A stretch of DNA of 64,000 bases, from positions 124,001 through 188,000 of IMG/VR virus record IMGVR_UViG_3300044591_002232. The stretch is one strand, 5' to 3'. The notes beneath the pieces were generated by a model. It was not told the origin of the DNA, made no database searches, and worked only from the letters and a program-made list of their open reading frames with translations. The position numbers and the translations under genes were made by a program. Positions 19,849 through 29,232 of the stretch are shown here, one piece after another (position 1 is the stretch's first letter; the number at the start of each line of letters is the position of its first letter).

Positions 19849-20321
19849 TTAGTTCTTCCTATAAATGCTAAATATAATCTTTTCCATAATGGAAAACGTT
19901 CAAACTTTTTAATCTCTTTTAGAAGATTAAGACTAGTATTCTTTAATTGTTTTTGTTTTTCTTTTAGTTTTTTGTTTTCTTGTTCTACTTCTGATATTGA
20001 ATAATTTAGAGAAATTATTTGTTCTCTGTAAGGTGTGTCCAACACTTTTTCAAGAAATGGATCTACTACAAAATAAAAACTATTTCCCTGAATATTGAAA
20101 TTATTTCTGTTGAAGAAATTTAAAAGAGTTTCACTATCGAAACTTAATTTCTTTATTTTTTGTGAGTAAATTTTTGATTTATTAATTTCAAGATTTGTAT
20201 CTTCGTCAAATTTTAAAAATTTTATTGGTTCTGGTCTATCAAAATAAAGAAATTGCATTTCATAATCACTATAACTATATGCAACTTCATGTGTTAGTCT
20301 GAAAATATTTACTGGTTTCAT
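19845..20321 (-). CDS. Hypothetical protein with C-terminal coiled coil
   Basis: ORF track. Confidence 0.55.
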   Translation of the reverse strand: MKPVNIFRLTHEVAYSYSDYEMQFLYFDRPEPIKFLKFDEDTNLEINKSKIYSQKIKKLSFDSETLLNFFNRNNFNIQGNSFYFVVDPFLEKVLDTPYREQIISLNYSISEVEQENKKLKEKQKQLKNTSLNLLKEIKKFERFPLWKRLYLAFIGRTK

Positions 20322-20510
20322 TTAGATTTCTACTGCATGAATTACTAAGTCTTCTTCATTAACTGAACTTATTTTCCAGGTTTCTTTATAGTCACTTGAT
20401 GGTAATTTAAACTCGTCACCAACTTTTGGAGTTTCATAAAAGTACACGATACCCTCGTCCTCTGGAAAATCATGTATGCAAATACAATAATAACCTATAA
20501 GCATCACCAA
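20322..20510 (-). CDS. Hypothetical protein
   Basis: ORF track; tight packing. Confidence 0.5.
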   Translation of the reverse strand: MVMLIGYYCICIHDFPEDEGIVYFYETPKVGDEFKLPSSDYKETWKISSVNEEDLVIHAVEI

Positions 20511-20797
20511 TCCTCCATGTAGACACCTTTTTTTTCTACCCGATCTTCTAGTTCTCCAAGATTATAAGAAGTACTTTCTAGCTGTTCTTCTAGTTCTTGT
20601 ATTCGGTTTTCCATTTTTTGGATTTTTGTTAAAAGTCTAGTGAAGAACATACAAGAATTATAAACATCCAATTCTGACAATTCTGATCTATGGTCAAAGT
20701 CGGTTAGCCTTACATCCAAGACATTAAAAGCACCTTTTTGGTCCTCATTAAGTTCAGGACCATCAAAAAACTGATCAATAAATTCTGAATCGAGCAT
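20504..20797 (-). CDS. Hypothetical coiled-coil protein (ATG 20797 preferred over TTG 20809)
   Basis: ORF track. Confidence 0.5.
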   Translation of the reverse strand: MLDSEFIDQFFDGPELNEDQKGAFNVLDVRLTDFDHRSELSELDVYNSCMFFTRLLTKIQKMENRIQELEEQLESTSYNLGELEDRVEKKGVYMEDW

Positions 20798-20799
20798 AA

Positions 20800-20902
20800 T
20801 TAAATCCAATCGGGTTTTCTAGAAGGAATTTTGAGGTAATTATTTTTTTACCCAGGGTTTTGTACTGATATACATTTTATAAGCATCGAATGTGTTGATG
20901 CG
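20800..20902 (-). pseudogene. 3' remnant of cyanophage pyrimidine-dimer-glycosylase-like gene
   Basis: Reads INTFDAYKMYISTKPWVK, then after a +1 slip in an A7 run NNYLKIPSRKPDWI*. Confidence 0.55.
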
Positions 20903-20977
20903 CTAATTTCTCCATTAAGTTTAATATGGAATCTTAGTTCTTCTAACGCGAGGGACATTCCATTAAAGTCTTCCATT

Positions 20978-21280
20978 CTACACTTCAGAGTCTTCCAGAT
21001 CCTCAGATTCTTCTACCTCCACTGGATCTTCCATTTCTTCAGGATCCTCGGAACCAACACTCATTGCGGAGGTATCAGATGCATTATTGTAGAAATTACA
21101 ATTAGAAACATTGGCCACTGGACCAGATACACTGGCCAAATCACAAATAGCCGAAATAGCCCTGGCGTTTTCTACTACTGCATTGGCTAGTGCAACTATG
21201 GCCTGGGATTCCTCATAAGAAATCCGAGTGGACTTATCGACATGGTTGCTTACATGAAAAAGGCTTTTAAGATTAGACAT
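20978..21280 (-). CDS. Hypothetical early protein with acidic tail
   Basis: ORF track; TTGACA-17-TATTAT promoter upstream on minus strand. Confidence 0.6.
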   Translation of the reverse strand: MSNLKSLFHVSNHVDKSTRISYEESQAIVALANAVVENARAISAICDLASVSGPVANVSNCNFYNNASDTSAMSVGSEDPEEMEDPVEVEESEDLEDSEV

Positions 21281-21371
21281 TATAAAAATTTATTGAACTT
21301 GCGTATAATACACCCTATATCCAAATCTGTCAACCACCCTTGTTACAATTCCTTGATTGTCACATACCCAC

Positions 21372-21400
21372 TTGACTTTCTCTCGAATCGGGCCTAGGAT
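21372..21400 (+). promoter_or_regulatory. Sigma70-type promoter TTGACT-N17-TAGGAT
   Basis: Motifs and 17-nt spacer counted directly. Confidence 0.6.
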
Positions 21401-21465
21401 CGGTTTGTCGGTTTGATAGGACTAGTATATTAATATTAAATAAACAATAAATATTTAAATAATAT

Positions 21466-21521
21466 AGAAGCAATTCCCCTTCGGGGAATAAAGTCCGAAG
21501 GACTTTCAATTGCTTCTTTTT
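21466..21521 (+). ncRNA. Candidate structured RNA/terminator (three-way junction)
   Basis: Outer stem agaagca/tgcttct enclosing attcccc-ttc-ggggaat and aaagtcc-gaa-ggacttt, then T run. Confidence 0.4.
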
Positions 21522-21564
21522 AATGCTTTGTATTATGACAGTCTAGAGATTGTCACATAGGCAC

Positions 21565-21593
21565 TTGACTTTTATTTGGACTTCTAGTAGAGT
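21565..21593 (+). promoter_or_regulatory. Sigma70-type promoter TTGACT-N17-TAGAGT
   Basis: Second copy of the unit at 21372. Confidence 0.55.
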
Positions 21594-21651
21594 TGGTTTG
21601 TTCCGAAGATGCGGGAGCTATATTCTATATTAATTAATAAATAATAAAGAT

Positions 21652-22041
21652 TTAAAGAAGTTTCTCTAGTTTCTCTCTCATCTCTTTTACTGTATCAACA
21701 TAACCCTGTTCTTTTCCTAATTTCTCTTCATAAGGATTAGAATAACTCAATTTGTTCTTTTGTCTAATGAATTTTTCATGATAAGAAATTAGATCTTGAT
21801 CTCTACATTCACTTATTGTAATAATACGATCTTTTTGGATAATAAACATATCATCATCAGCAGTTTTTAGCCAGGGTTCAATTTTGTATCCATAACCATT
21901 GACTGTATTAATTGTACTGATAATTACCGGCTCATAAAGAAGAAGAAGATCTTTGTTGTCCTCTTCACATGGAGTTACTTTAGCAAAAATCTCTTCTCCG
22001 GAAATTAGCTTAATAGTTGCTGAAAACTCCATCTGTCCCAT
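21652..22041 (-). CDS. Conserved cyanomyovirus Sm-like hypothetical
   Basis: F.ATIKLISGEEIFAKV, PWLKTADDDMFII; minus-strand CTAAATA at 22053-22059. Confidence 0.7.
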   Translation of the reverse strand: MGQMEFSATIKLISGEEIFAKVTPCEEDNKDLLLLYEPVIISTINTVNGYGYKIEPWLKTADDDMFIIQKDRIITISECRDQDLISYHEKFIRQKNKLSYSNPYEEKLGKEQGYVDTVKEMREKLEKLL

Positions 22042-22064
22042 GCATCTTGTCTTATTTAGGGGGC

Positions 22065-22093
22065 TTGACAGAAGTTGCTTTTCATGCTACAAT
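22065..22093 (+). promoter_or_regulatory. Sigma70-type promoter TTGACA-N17-TACAAT for gp55 (similar ones at 26882, 30395, 42010)
   Basis: Near-consensus hexamers with TGn extension upstream of replication genes. Confidence 0.7.
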
Positions 22094-22120
22094 TTGGATA
22101 AATATCAGTTAAGAGCTAAT

Positions 22121-22615
22121 ATGATTACAACATCAGTAATGACAAAAAAGAAAAGACCAGTTCATTATGTAAATAATAAAGAGTTTCTAGATGCTTTGGT
22201 TCAGTATAAATTAGACTGTGCAACTGCCAAAGAAAAAGGAGAACCAAGACCACAAATTCCCAGATATATCGGAGAATGTTTTTTACAAATAGCCACCCGA
22301 TTTGGTTTTCAAGGAAATTATGCAAATTATTCTTACAAAGAAGAACTAATTTCTGATGCTGTTGAAAATATGTCTAGATATATTCTCAACTTTGATCCAG
22401 AAAAATCAACCAACCCCTTTGCTTATTTTACTCAAATTACTTACTATGCTTTCTTAAGAAGAATTAAAATTGAAAAAAGAGAATCGGAGAAAAAGTCTCT
22501 CATCATTGAAAGACTGAACTTCAGCGAAGTGATGGTAGATGATGGAGACTACATGGATAATTATTCAGATTATTCTTCTATTCGTGATAATGTACACTTT
22601 AAGAATCGACTCTGA
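22121..22615 (+). CDS. gp55: Late sigma factor (start ATG 22121 or 22139)
   Basis: HYVNNKEFL, YIGECFLQIA, NFDPEKSTNPFAYFTQITYYAFLRRI. Confidence 0.93.
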   Translation: MITTSVMTKKKRPVHYVNNKEFLDALVQYKLDCATAKEKGEPRPQIPRYIGECFLQIATRFGFQGNYANYSYKEELISDAVENMSRYILNFDPEKSTNPFAYFTQITYYAFLRRIKIEKRESEKKSLIIERLNFSEVMVDDGDYMDNYSDYSSIRDNVHFKNRL

Positions 22616-22764
22616 TGGGATTTAGTGAATCTAAACAATTTAAGGTGAGAAAAGACAAAAGAAAAGTAATGATGGAAAAATTGTTTGAAAAGCTAGAAAA
22701 GTCTGAGGATCGGGCACTGCTATTACTATTGGTGCAGTCTTTTGAGGATGAGATCAATGGCTAA
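22615..22764 (+). CDS. Small hypothetical (49 aa)
   Basis: TGATG-coupled ORF MGFSESKQFKVRKDKRK..., read by eye. Confidence 0.4.
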   Translation: MGFSESKQFKVRKDKRKVMMEKLFEKLEKSEDRALLLLLVQSFEDEING

Positions 22765-23791
22765 GGTGGCTTGTATTACCGACACACATTACTGCGCGAG
22801 GAAGTCGTCTAAACTCTTCCAGGATTATTTTGAGCTGTTTTATAAAAATGTCTTTTTTCCCACTTTAGAGGAAGAAGGAATTAAAACGGTTCTTCATTTG
22901 GGTGATGCCTTTGACAATCGAAGAATTATTGAATATGATGGTCTTGATTGGACTCAAAGAGTTGTTCTAGATCCACTAAAAAATTATGAGACTCACATGA
23001 TCGTGGGAAATCATGATATTTTTCTAAGAAATTCTAATCGTATTAATTCTCCTTCTCTTCTTTTACAAGGATACCCGAATATTCATGTTTATTCAGAACC
23101 AGTAGAGGTTAATATTGAGGGCCTGGATGTTCTCTTTATTCCCTGGATCACAAGTGAAAATGAAGAGATTGTTTATCGGACGATTGAGAAGTCCAAATGT
23201 AGACTAACTGTAGGACATCTAGAACTCAATGGCTTTGTGGCCCATAGAGGACATGTCATGGAAGATTCTAGGGATGCTGATCCGTTCTTTAAATTTGAAA
23301 AGGTTTTTTCAGGACATTATCACACCCGGTCTGATAATGGAAAGATCTTTTACCTGGGAAATCCTTATGAAATATATTTCAATGATGTGGACGATGTTAG
23401 AGGCTTCACGATTCTTGACACGGAAACCCTAGAGCATTATCACGTTGATAATCCTTATAAACTTCATTACCAGATTGTTTATGATGAGGATCGAATTCGG
23501 GTCCCTAAAGACCTAGAAGGAAAGCTGGTTCGGGTTGTGGTCAGAAATAAAAAGTCAGTCAAGCTCTTTGAGCGATTTATTCAAAAGATCAATGATCAAG
23601 GACCATTTGAACTGAAGATTATTGAAAGTCTGGAGAATATTATTGATTCTTCGGCTATTGAGCAAATCGAATCAGAAGATACTATGAGTATTCTTCATTC
23701 TTATGTTGATGAATGCGATATCACTCTGGATAAATCTAAGATTAAAAATATTATTAATCAATTGTACGTTTCTTCAATGGATGCTGTCTGA
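22757..23791 (+). CDS. gp47: Mre11/SbcD-like recombination nuclease subunit
   Basis: ITDTH, HLGDAFD, VGNHD, GHLEL, FSGHYH. Confidence 0.93.
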   Translation: MAKVACITDTHYCARKSSKLFQDYFELFYKNVFFPTLEEEGIKTVLHLGDAFDNRRIIEYDGLDWTQRVVLDPLKNYETHMIVGNHDIFLRNSNRINSPSLLLQGYPNIHVYSEPVEVNIEGLDVLFIPWITSENEEIVYRTIEKSKCRLTVGHLELNGFVAHRGHVMEDSRDADPFFKFEKVFSGHYHTRSDNGKIFYLGNPYEIYFNDVDDVRGFTILDTETLEHYHVDNPYKLHYQIVYDEDRIRVPKDLEGKLVRVVVRNKKSVKLFERFIQKINDQGPFELKIIESLENIIDSSAIEQIESEDTMSILHSYVDECDITLDKSKIKNIINQLYVSSMDAV

Positions 23792-24063
23792 TGTACGTTA
23801 TCGTTTCTACTGAGGGTCGAGAAAAAGGAGCCTTTTCGGTTATTAATGAATTGGACGAAAAGGTTATTTTATTCTTTGAGGATTTTGATGATGCTCATCG
23901 TTACATGATGATGCTTGAAGAAATGGATGTGGATAATCTAGGAATCGCAGAATATGAAGAGGAACTTCTTATAAAAACCTGTAAACTAGTCGGATTTAAG
24001 TATACTAAAATTAGTCGAAATGATTTTGTAGTGCCACCAGGATATAGTAATGCTGATCTTTAA
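23791..24063 (+). CDS. Conserved cyanophage hypothetical (DUF3110-like)
   Basis: LFFEDFDDAHRYMMMLEE; usual position between gp47 and gp46. Confidence 0.65.
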   Translation: MYVIVSTEGREKGAFSVINELDEKVILFFEDFDDAHRYMMMLEEMDVDNLGIAEYEEELLIKTCKLVGFKYTKISRNDFVVPPGYSNADL

Positions 24064-25765
24064 AAAAGCCAGAGCCAAGAATTTTCTTTCTATTGGAAAT
24101 TCTTTTCTTGAATATGATTTAAATGCTGATCATTTAACTCTCATAAGGGGAGCTAATGGTGCATCAAAATCAACCATAGCAGACATATTAACTTTTTGCT
24201 TATTTAAAAAGGCCTATAGACAAGTAAATCTCCCGCAACTAATTAATAATATAAACAAAAAAGATTGTGTTGCAGAACTGGAATTTCAAATCAATAAAAC
24301 CGAATGGAAAGTTGTAAGAGGTCTGGCCCCGGCTGTGTTTGAGATTTATAAAAATGGCGAACTGCTTGATCAACATTCTTCTGTGATTGAGCAACAGAAG
24401 TGGTTTGAGCAAAATGTCCTAAGGATGAACTTTAAGACGTTTACCCAGATCATTGTTCTTGGTACTGCAAACTTTATTCCTTTCATGCAATTAAGCCCCT
24501 CTGATCGTCGGGAAATTATAGAAGAACTTCTTGACATTAAAGTATTTTCTTCAATGAGTACGTTGGTTAAAGACAACATAAAGGCCTCTAGAGATGCCAT
24601 CAAGCTACTTCGAGTTAAGGAAGTTGGGCTTGAAGAAAAGCTAGAGCTTCAACAAGAATTCATTGAACAAATTAAACAAAAAGACTCTGCAAACCTTCAA
24701 GATAAAAAGGACAAGATCAAGAAATATCAAGAGTTTATTACTGAACTTTATAATGAAAACAAGGCCCATACAGATGAGGTTAATTCTCTTAACGAGGAAT
24801 TGAAACAATACCTAAAGGCCTCTACCCAATTGAAGAAGATGGGATCTTTAAAAGGAAAACTATCTCAGAAGATAGAGTCCTTAAAGGAGAACCATTCTTT
24901 CTTTGAGCACAATGACGTTTGCCCTACTTGTTCACAGGATATTTCTCCTGAGGTCAAAGAGCAAAAGTTAAAGGAATCTGAAGAAAAGATTGAAGAGGTG
25001 TCTAAGGGTTATTCAGATCTTATTCAGACCATAAAGGCCGAACAAAAGAAAGAAAAGAAATTCCTGGAATTATCAAACAAGATTTCTGTACTAAATCAAA
25101 AGATTTCTGAAAACCAGGCGACCATGAATCAATACACTAAATTGGTTGTCGAGATCCAGGGTGAAATTAAGTCTATGAGTAAGGTTGATGATCTTCAAGA
25201 AGAAAATGCAAAGTTAGAATATTTTTATGAAGAACTCCATAAGATAAAGAACGAGATTATTGGTAATATAGACCAGTCTCAGTATTATGATTTTGTTAGT
25301 AACTTGTTAAAAGATGGTGGTGTCAAGACGGTTATTATTAATAAATATCTTCCTTTGATCAATCAGAAGGTTAATGAATACCTGAGGATGATGGACCTGT
25401 ACATTAATTTTACCTTGGACGGAGAGTTTAATGAGACAATCCTGACAAATACTTTTGAGAACTTTACTTATGGTAACTTCTCAGAAGGTCAAAAGCAGAG
25501 GATCAATCTGGCCCTTACTTTCGCCCTTATGTCGGTTGCCGCAATGAAGAATTCGGTTAATACGAATTTAATGATTCTTGATGAGATTCTTGATGGGTCG
25601 ATGGATTCTGAAGGAATTTCCTTGTTTTTGAATATCATCAGACAAGAGATGAAGGATAAGAATATCTTTATGATTTCACATAGGGATAACTTGGACAGTA
25701 AGTTCGATGTCGTGGTTAATTTTGAGAAGAAAGGACATTTTACGTTTAAAACTAGAATTAGCTAA
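24050..25765 (+). CDS. gp46: Rad50/SbcC-like recombination ATPase subunit
   Basis: KNFLSIGN, GANGASKST, CPTC zinc hook, FSEGQKQRINLAL, LILDEILDGSMD. Confidence 0.95.
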   Translation: MLIFKKARAKNFLSIGNSFLEYDLNADHLTLIRGANGASKSTIADILTFCLFKKAYRQVNLPQLINNINKKDCVAELEFQINKTEWKVVRGLAPAVFEIYKNGELLDQHSSVIEQQKWFEQNVLRMNFKTFTQIIVLGTANFIPFMQLSPSDRREIIEELLDIKVFSSMSTLVKDNIKASRDAIKLLRVKEVGLEEKLELQQEFIEQIKQKDSANLQDKKDKIKKYQEFITELYNENKAHTDEVNSLNEELKQYLKASTQLKKMGSLKGKLSQKIESLKENHSFFEHNDVCPTCSQDISPEVKEQKLKESEEKIEEVSKGYSDLIQTIKAEQKKEKKFLELSNKISVLNQKISENQATMNQYTKLVVEIQGEIKSMSKVDDLQEENAKLEYFYEELHKIKNEIIGNIDQSQYYDFVSNLLKDGGVKTVIINKYLPLINQKVNEYLRMMDLYINFTLDGEFNETILTNTFENFTYGNFSEGQKQRINLALTFALMSVAAMKNSVNTNLMILDEILDGSMDSEGISLFLNIIRQEMKDKNIFMISHRDNLDSKFDVVVNFEKKGHFTFKTRIS

Positions 25766-25793
25766 ATACTTAATAGTTTTAGTAATTTAAAAA

Positions 25794-26627
25794 ATGGATT
25801 TCACTATACTCGCGCAACTGAACGAATCATATCGCCACGGTGTTTATGCCGAAGAAACCCTTTCTCAAGAAGAACTAGTTAGTATTGAAGAGTGGGTCGA
25901 GGCTCTTATCGAAGAAGGCTATGACCTTGATCAATATAGTGACGAAGAACTTTATGGGGCTTATTTGGAAACTCTTTCTGAGGCAAAAGCTGATGAAGGT
26001 CTAACTCCTCTTCAGAAAATTAGAAAAAGAAATAAAGAAGGAAATTTAGTAATGCCTGTTGGCGATCAAACTAGTGAACGTAGATCGTATCATAAAGCCG
26101 GAAGGGGAGAGAAAAAAGAAAGAGGTGATAAATATGATGTTGGATCTACTGTAGGAAAAGATAAATGGGCCAGAGAAGCCGAAGTTAAAAAGCGTTATGG
26201 TTCTCATTATGATGAAACTGGAAGACGCGAAGGAAATGTAAGAGCAATTAAAAGTCAAAAAAAAGTTGGTGGCCCTAAAGGCCTTCCAGAAGAACTAGAC
26301 CTCTACGACATGGTTTCTGAATATCTTGTATCAGAAGGTTTCTGTGATTCTTATGAGGGCGCAGACGTTATTATGGCCAACATGTCAGAAGAGTGGCGGG
26401 AGAGCATCGTCAACACTCTTATTGAAGAGGGTTTTGTGAGTCCTTATAAGGCACCTCATGCTCACGGTAGATCCATGGATAATACTGGTAGACTATCTCC
26501 AGCAATGAAGGCCATGAAAAAGAGTGATGATCTTCAAAAGACTGAGCCTGGTTCAGAAAGACAAAAAATGCAAACCAGAAGGTCTGGTCAGCTCAACAGA
26601 ATGTTCTCGGCTGCAAGAAACGCCTGA
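25794..26627 (+). CDS. Late modular acidic/basic hypothetical protein
   Basis: EWVEALIEEGYDL and YLVSEGFCDSYE.A.VIMANMSEEWR modules; late promoter 25762. Confidence 0.7.
   Translation: MDFTILAQLNESYRHGVYAEETLSQEELVSIEEWVEALIEEGYDLDQYSDEELYGAYLETLSEAKADEGLTPLQKIRKRNKEGNLVMPVGDQTSERRSYHKAGRGEKKERGDKYDVGSTVGKDKWAREAEVKKRYGSHYDETGRREGNVRAIKSQKKVGGPKGLPEELDLYDMVSEYLVSEGFCDSYEGADVIMANMSEEWRESIVNTLIEEGFVSPYKAPHAHGRSMDNTGRLSPAMKAMKKSDDLQKTEPGSERQKMQTRRSGQLNRMFSAARNA
25967..26121 (+). repeat. 155-bp exact direct repeat, copy 1 (copy 2 at 29292-29446)
   Basis: Compared base by base; offset 3325 nt. Confidence 0.9.
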
Positions 26628-26631
26628 GTTA

Positions 26632-26877
26632 ATGGACTCGGTAAACTTCCTTATAGAGAATAACTACACAGATTCTGAAAAGGCGGCCTCTAAAATCCTA
26701 GAGGCCGCTTCTGATGAGTTTAAAGAATATATTCTTCAAGAAGTAAATAAACAATGGCTTAAAAAACAGGCAATTAATTTAACAAAAAAGGCCGCTAAAA
26801 CTGCTGCAAAATCAAAACCAGCGAAAGCAATAACAACTTTTGTAAAAAACACGGCCCTAGGTGCCCTGATCTCCTGA
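26632..26877 (+). CDS. Small modular acidic/basic protein (81 aa)
   Basis: MDSVNFLIENNYTDSEKAASKILEAASDEFKEYILQE plus K/A-rich tail. Confidence 0.6.
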   Translation: MDSVNFLIENNYTDSEKAASKILEAASDEFKEYILQEVNKQWLKKQAINLTKKAAKTAAKSKPAKAITTFVKNTALGALIS

Positions 26878-26953
26878 CTACTTGACAAATTCCCCATTAA
26901 CGTGCTAAAATCGGTTCTCTCCCACAAGAGAGCCGATTTTTTATTGTAATATT

Positions 26954-27241
26954 ATGAGTAACGAACACTTTTGGAAATATAATGAGGACAGGATTCTCAA
27001 ACAACTAGAAGAATATCTGAAAACTACATATAATCAACATTATGTTGATAGGTCTTCTGGGAGTAATGATCAAACAATAGATAAAATTAAGTATTCCCGA
27101 AGAGAAGGATTCTGCGCTGGAAATGTCACAAAATATATCGACAGATATGATTGCAAGGGAACTCCCCGAGCAGATCTCTTTAAGGTTCTACATTATACTA
27201 TGCTTCTTATTAATCATCTTGACCTAATTGAAAATAAATGA
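26954..27241 (+). CDS. Conserved cyanophage hypothetical (DUF3310-like)
   Basis: YNEDRIL...Y...HY, GFCAGNVTKYIDRY, DLFKVLHY. Confidence 0.7.
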   Translation: MSNEHFWKYNEDRILKQLEEYLKTTYNQHYVDRSSGSNDQTIDKIKYSRREGFCAGNVTKYIDRYDCKGTPRADLFKVLHYTMLLINHLDLIENK

Positions 27242-27903
27242 AACTTTCACCAGAAACTCTTGCTCTTCTAAAGAACTTCGCATCAATCAGTCAATCAATT
27301 CATATTAAACCCGGAAATTCTCTAAAAACAGTCAAAGGATCCAGGGCCGTTTATGGAGAAGCAACCATCCCAGAGAAATTTGAAAAGGAATTTGGAATTT
27401 ACAATCTCAATCAATTTCTCAATAGCTTTAATCTCTTAGATGATCCAGATCTAGATTTTTCTAGTGATAAGTACGTCGTTCTAAGTGAAGGAAAAAGAAA
27501 GATCAAGTATTTTTATGCAAGTCTTTCAACAATTCCAAATCTTCCAGACAAGCAAATCAAAATGCCTTCTCAGGACATTTGCTTCATTATGGAACAGGCC
27601 TTTCTTGATAAGATTGTAAAGGCCAGGCAGATTTATTCCTTGGATGACCTCTCGGTGGTTGGTGATGGAGAGACTATTCAATTGATCGTTCACGATAAAA
27701 AGAACGACACCTCAAATGAATATTCTATTGAAGTTGGATCAACCACCGAAAAGTTCTGTATGCACATCAAAAATGAGAATCTGCAGTTCTATCCAGGGTC
27801 TTATGATGTGGTGATTTCAAGGAAGGGTATTTCCAAGTTTACAAACAAAAAAATTCCATTGACATATTGGGTTGCAATGGAGCCTGATTCCACCTTTGAA
27901 TAA
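27238..27903 (+). CDS. gp45: Sliding clamp
   Basis: MKLSPETLALLKNFASISQSI, FGIYNLNQFL, YWVAMEPDS. Confidence 0.93.
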   Translation: MKLSPETLALLKNFASISQSIHIKPGNSLKTVKGSRAVYGEATIPEKFEKEFGIYNLNQFLNSFNLLDDPDLDFSSDKYVVLSEGKRKIKYFYASLSTIPNLPDKQIKMPSQDICFIMEQAFLDKIVKARQIYSLDDLSVVGDGETIQLIVHDKKNDTSNEYSIEVGSTTEKFCMHIKNENLQFYPGSYDVVISRKGISKFTNKKIPLTYWVAMEPDSTFE

Positions 27904-27909
27904 TTTATT

Positions 27910-28842
27910 ATGAGTAATTTCCTTTTTGTCGAAAAATACGCTTCTAAAAATGTGGAGGAATGTGTTCTTCCACAATCTATTAAAAAAGTCTTTCTTGAGA
28001 TCGAACAATCAGGAAATGTTCCGAACATGATTCTTTCTGGTCCGCCAGGAATTGGAAAAACAAATGTAATTAAGGCTCTTGCAAAAAGTCTTGACCGAGA
28101 CTTTTTGATTATTAATGGCTCTGATGAAAGATCCATTGATGTGATTCGTAATAAGGTCAAGAATTACGCCTCTACGGTTTCACTCTGTTCTTCTGGAAAG
28201 AAGATTCTTCTGATTGACGAGGGAGATAATCTGACCAATGATTCTCAACTGGCTCTCAGGGCCATTATTGAGGATCTACAGTCTAATTGTTCCTTTGTGT
28301 TTACCTGTAATTATAAAAACCGAATTGACCCGGCCCTGCAATCAAGATGCCCGGTAATTGATTTCACAATTCCTTCAAAAGAAAGGCCTGCTCTAGCCAA
28401 GCAGTTTAATGATCGAATTCTTTATATCCTAGATCAAGAAGGAATTAAATGTGAAGATGATAAGATTATTGTCAAACTTCTGATTAAACATTTTCCAGAT
28501 TTTAGACGAGTTCTGAATGTCCTTCAGAAATATTCTAATTCTGGTGTGATTGATTCTTCTGTTCTGGCCCAGTCTTCTGATGTCAAGATTTCTGATCTTT
28601 ATAAGTATCTTAAAGAGAAAAACTTTACAGAAACTCGAAAGTGGGTGATTAATAACCTAGACAGTGATCCAAATGTTATCCTAAGAAAGGTCTTTGATGG
28701 TCTAGAGAATGTTATGCCCAAGCCTTCAATTCCACAGGCCATTTTGATTATTCATGATCATATGAGTAAGAATGTTGTGGATAATGAAATTAATCTGATT
28801 GCCTGTTTTATTAAATTGATGGTCGAGTGTGAATGGAATTAA
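27910..28842 (+). CDS. gp44: Clamp loader large subunit
   Basis: GPPGIGKT, INGSDE, LIDEGD, ALQSRC, FPDFRRVLN. Confidence 0.93.
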   Translation: MSNFLFVEKYASKNVEECVLPQSIKKVFLEIEQSGNVPNMILSGPPGIGKTNVIKALAKSLDRDFLIINGSDERSIDVIRNKVKNYASTVSLCSSGKKILLIDEGDNLTNDSQLALRAIIEDLQSNCSFVFTCNYKNRIDPALQSRCPVIDFTIPSKERPALAKQFNDRILYILDQEGIKCEDDKIIVKLLIKHFPDFRRVLNVLQKYSNSGVIDSSVLAQSSDVKISDLYKYLKEKNFTETRKWVINNLDSDPNVILRKVFDGLENVMPKPSIPQAILIIHDHMSKNVVDNEINLIACFIKLMVECEWN

Positions 28843-29207
28843 AAGACTGGCTGAATTCAATTTATTTTAGCAAGAAAAACTTATTAGAAGAGGTTGATAA
28901 TCCCAATCAATATCCAGCCTTTATTGTCAATCGAATGTTATCAGGAAATATCGATACGGCTCTTTTTGCAAGTGAGCTGAATGAAAGGTTCACGATGGAC
29001 AAGGAAATGCAATACAAGTTTCTTCTTTATGCAGTTCCTAAAAGAAAAAGATTTTCTAATTATTTAAAAAAGAATTCATTAGAAGATCTAGAATTAGTTA
29101 AGTCTTATTATGGTTATAATAATGAAAAGGCAATCGAGGCATTGAAACTATTATCCAAAGAACAGATTGATTATATCAAAGAGAAGTTAAATGTTGGTGG
29201 GATCTAA
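28833..29207 (+). CDS. gp62: Clamp loader small subunit
   Basis: MELKDWLNSI, YPAFIVNR, LVKSYYGYNNEKAIEAL. Confidence 0.9.
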   Translation: MELKDWLNSIYFSKKNLLEEVDNPNQYPAFIVNRMLSGNIDTALFASELNERFTMDKEMQYKFLLYAVPKRKRFSNYLKKNSLEDLELVKSYYGYNNEKAIEALKLLSKEQIDYIKEKLNVGGI

Positions 29208-29232
29208 ATAGTTAATAATTTACTATTTAAAA

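Noticed and set aside
21953-22120. Extended N-terminus of gp55 from the ORF track
   Set aside because: Overlaps the opposite-strand gene and the gp55 promoter; ATG 22121/22139 is more plausible
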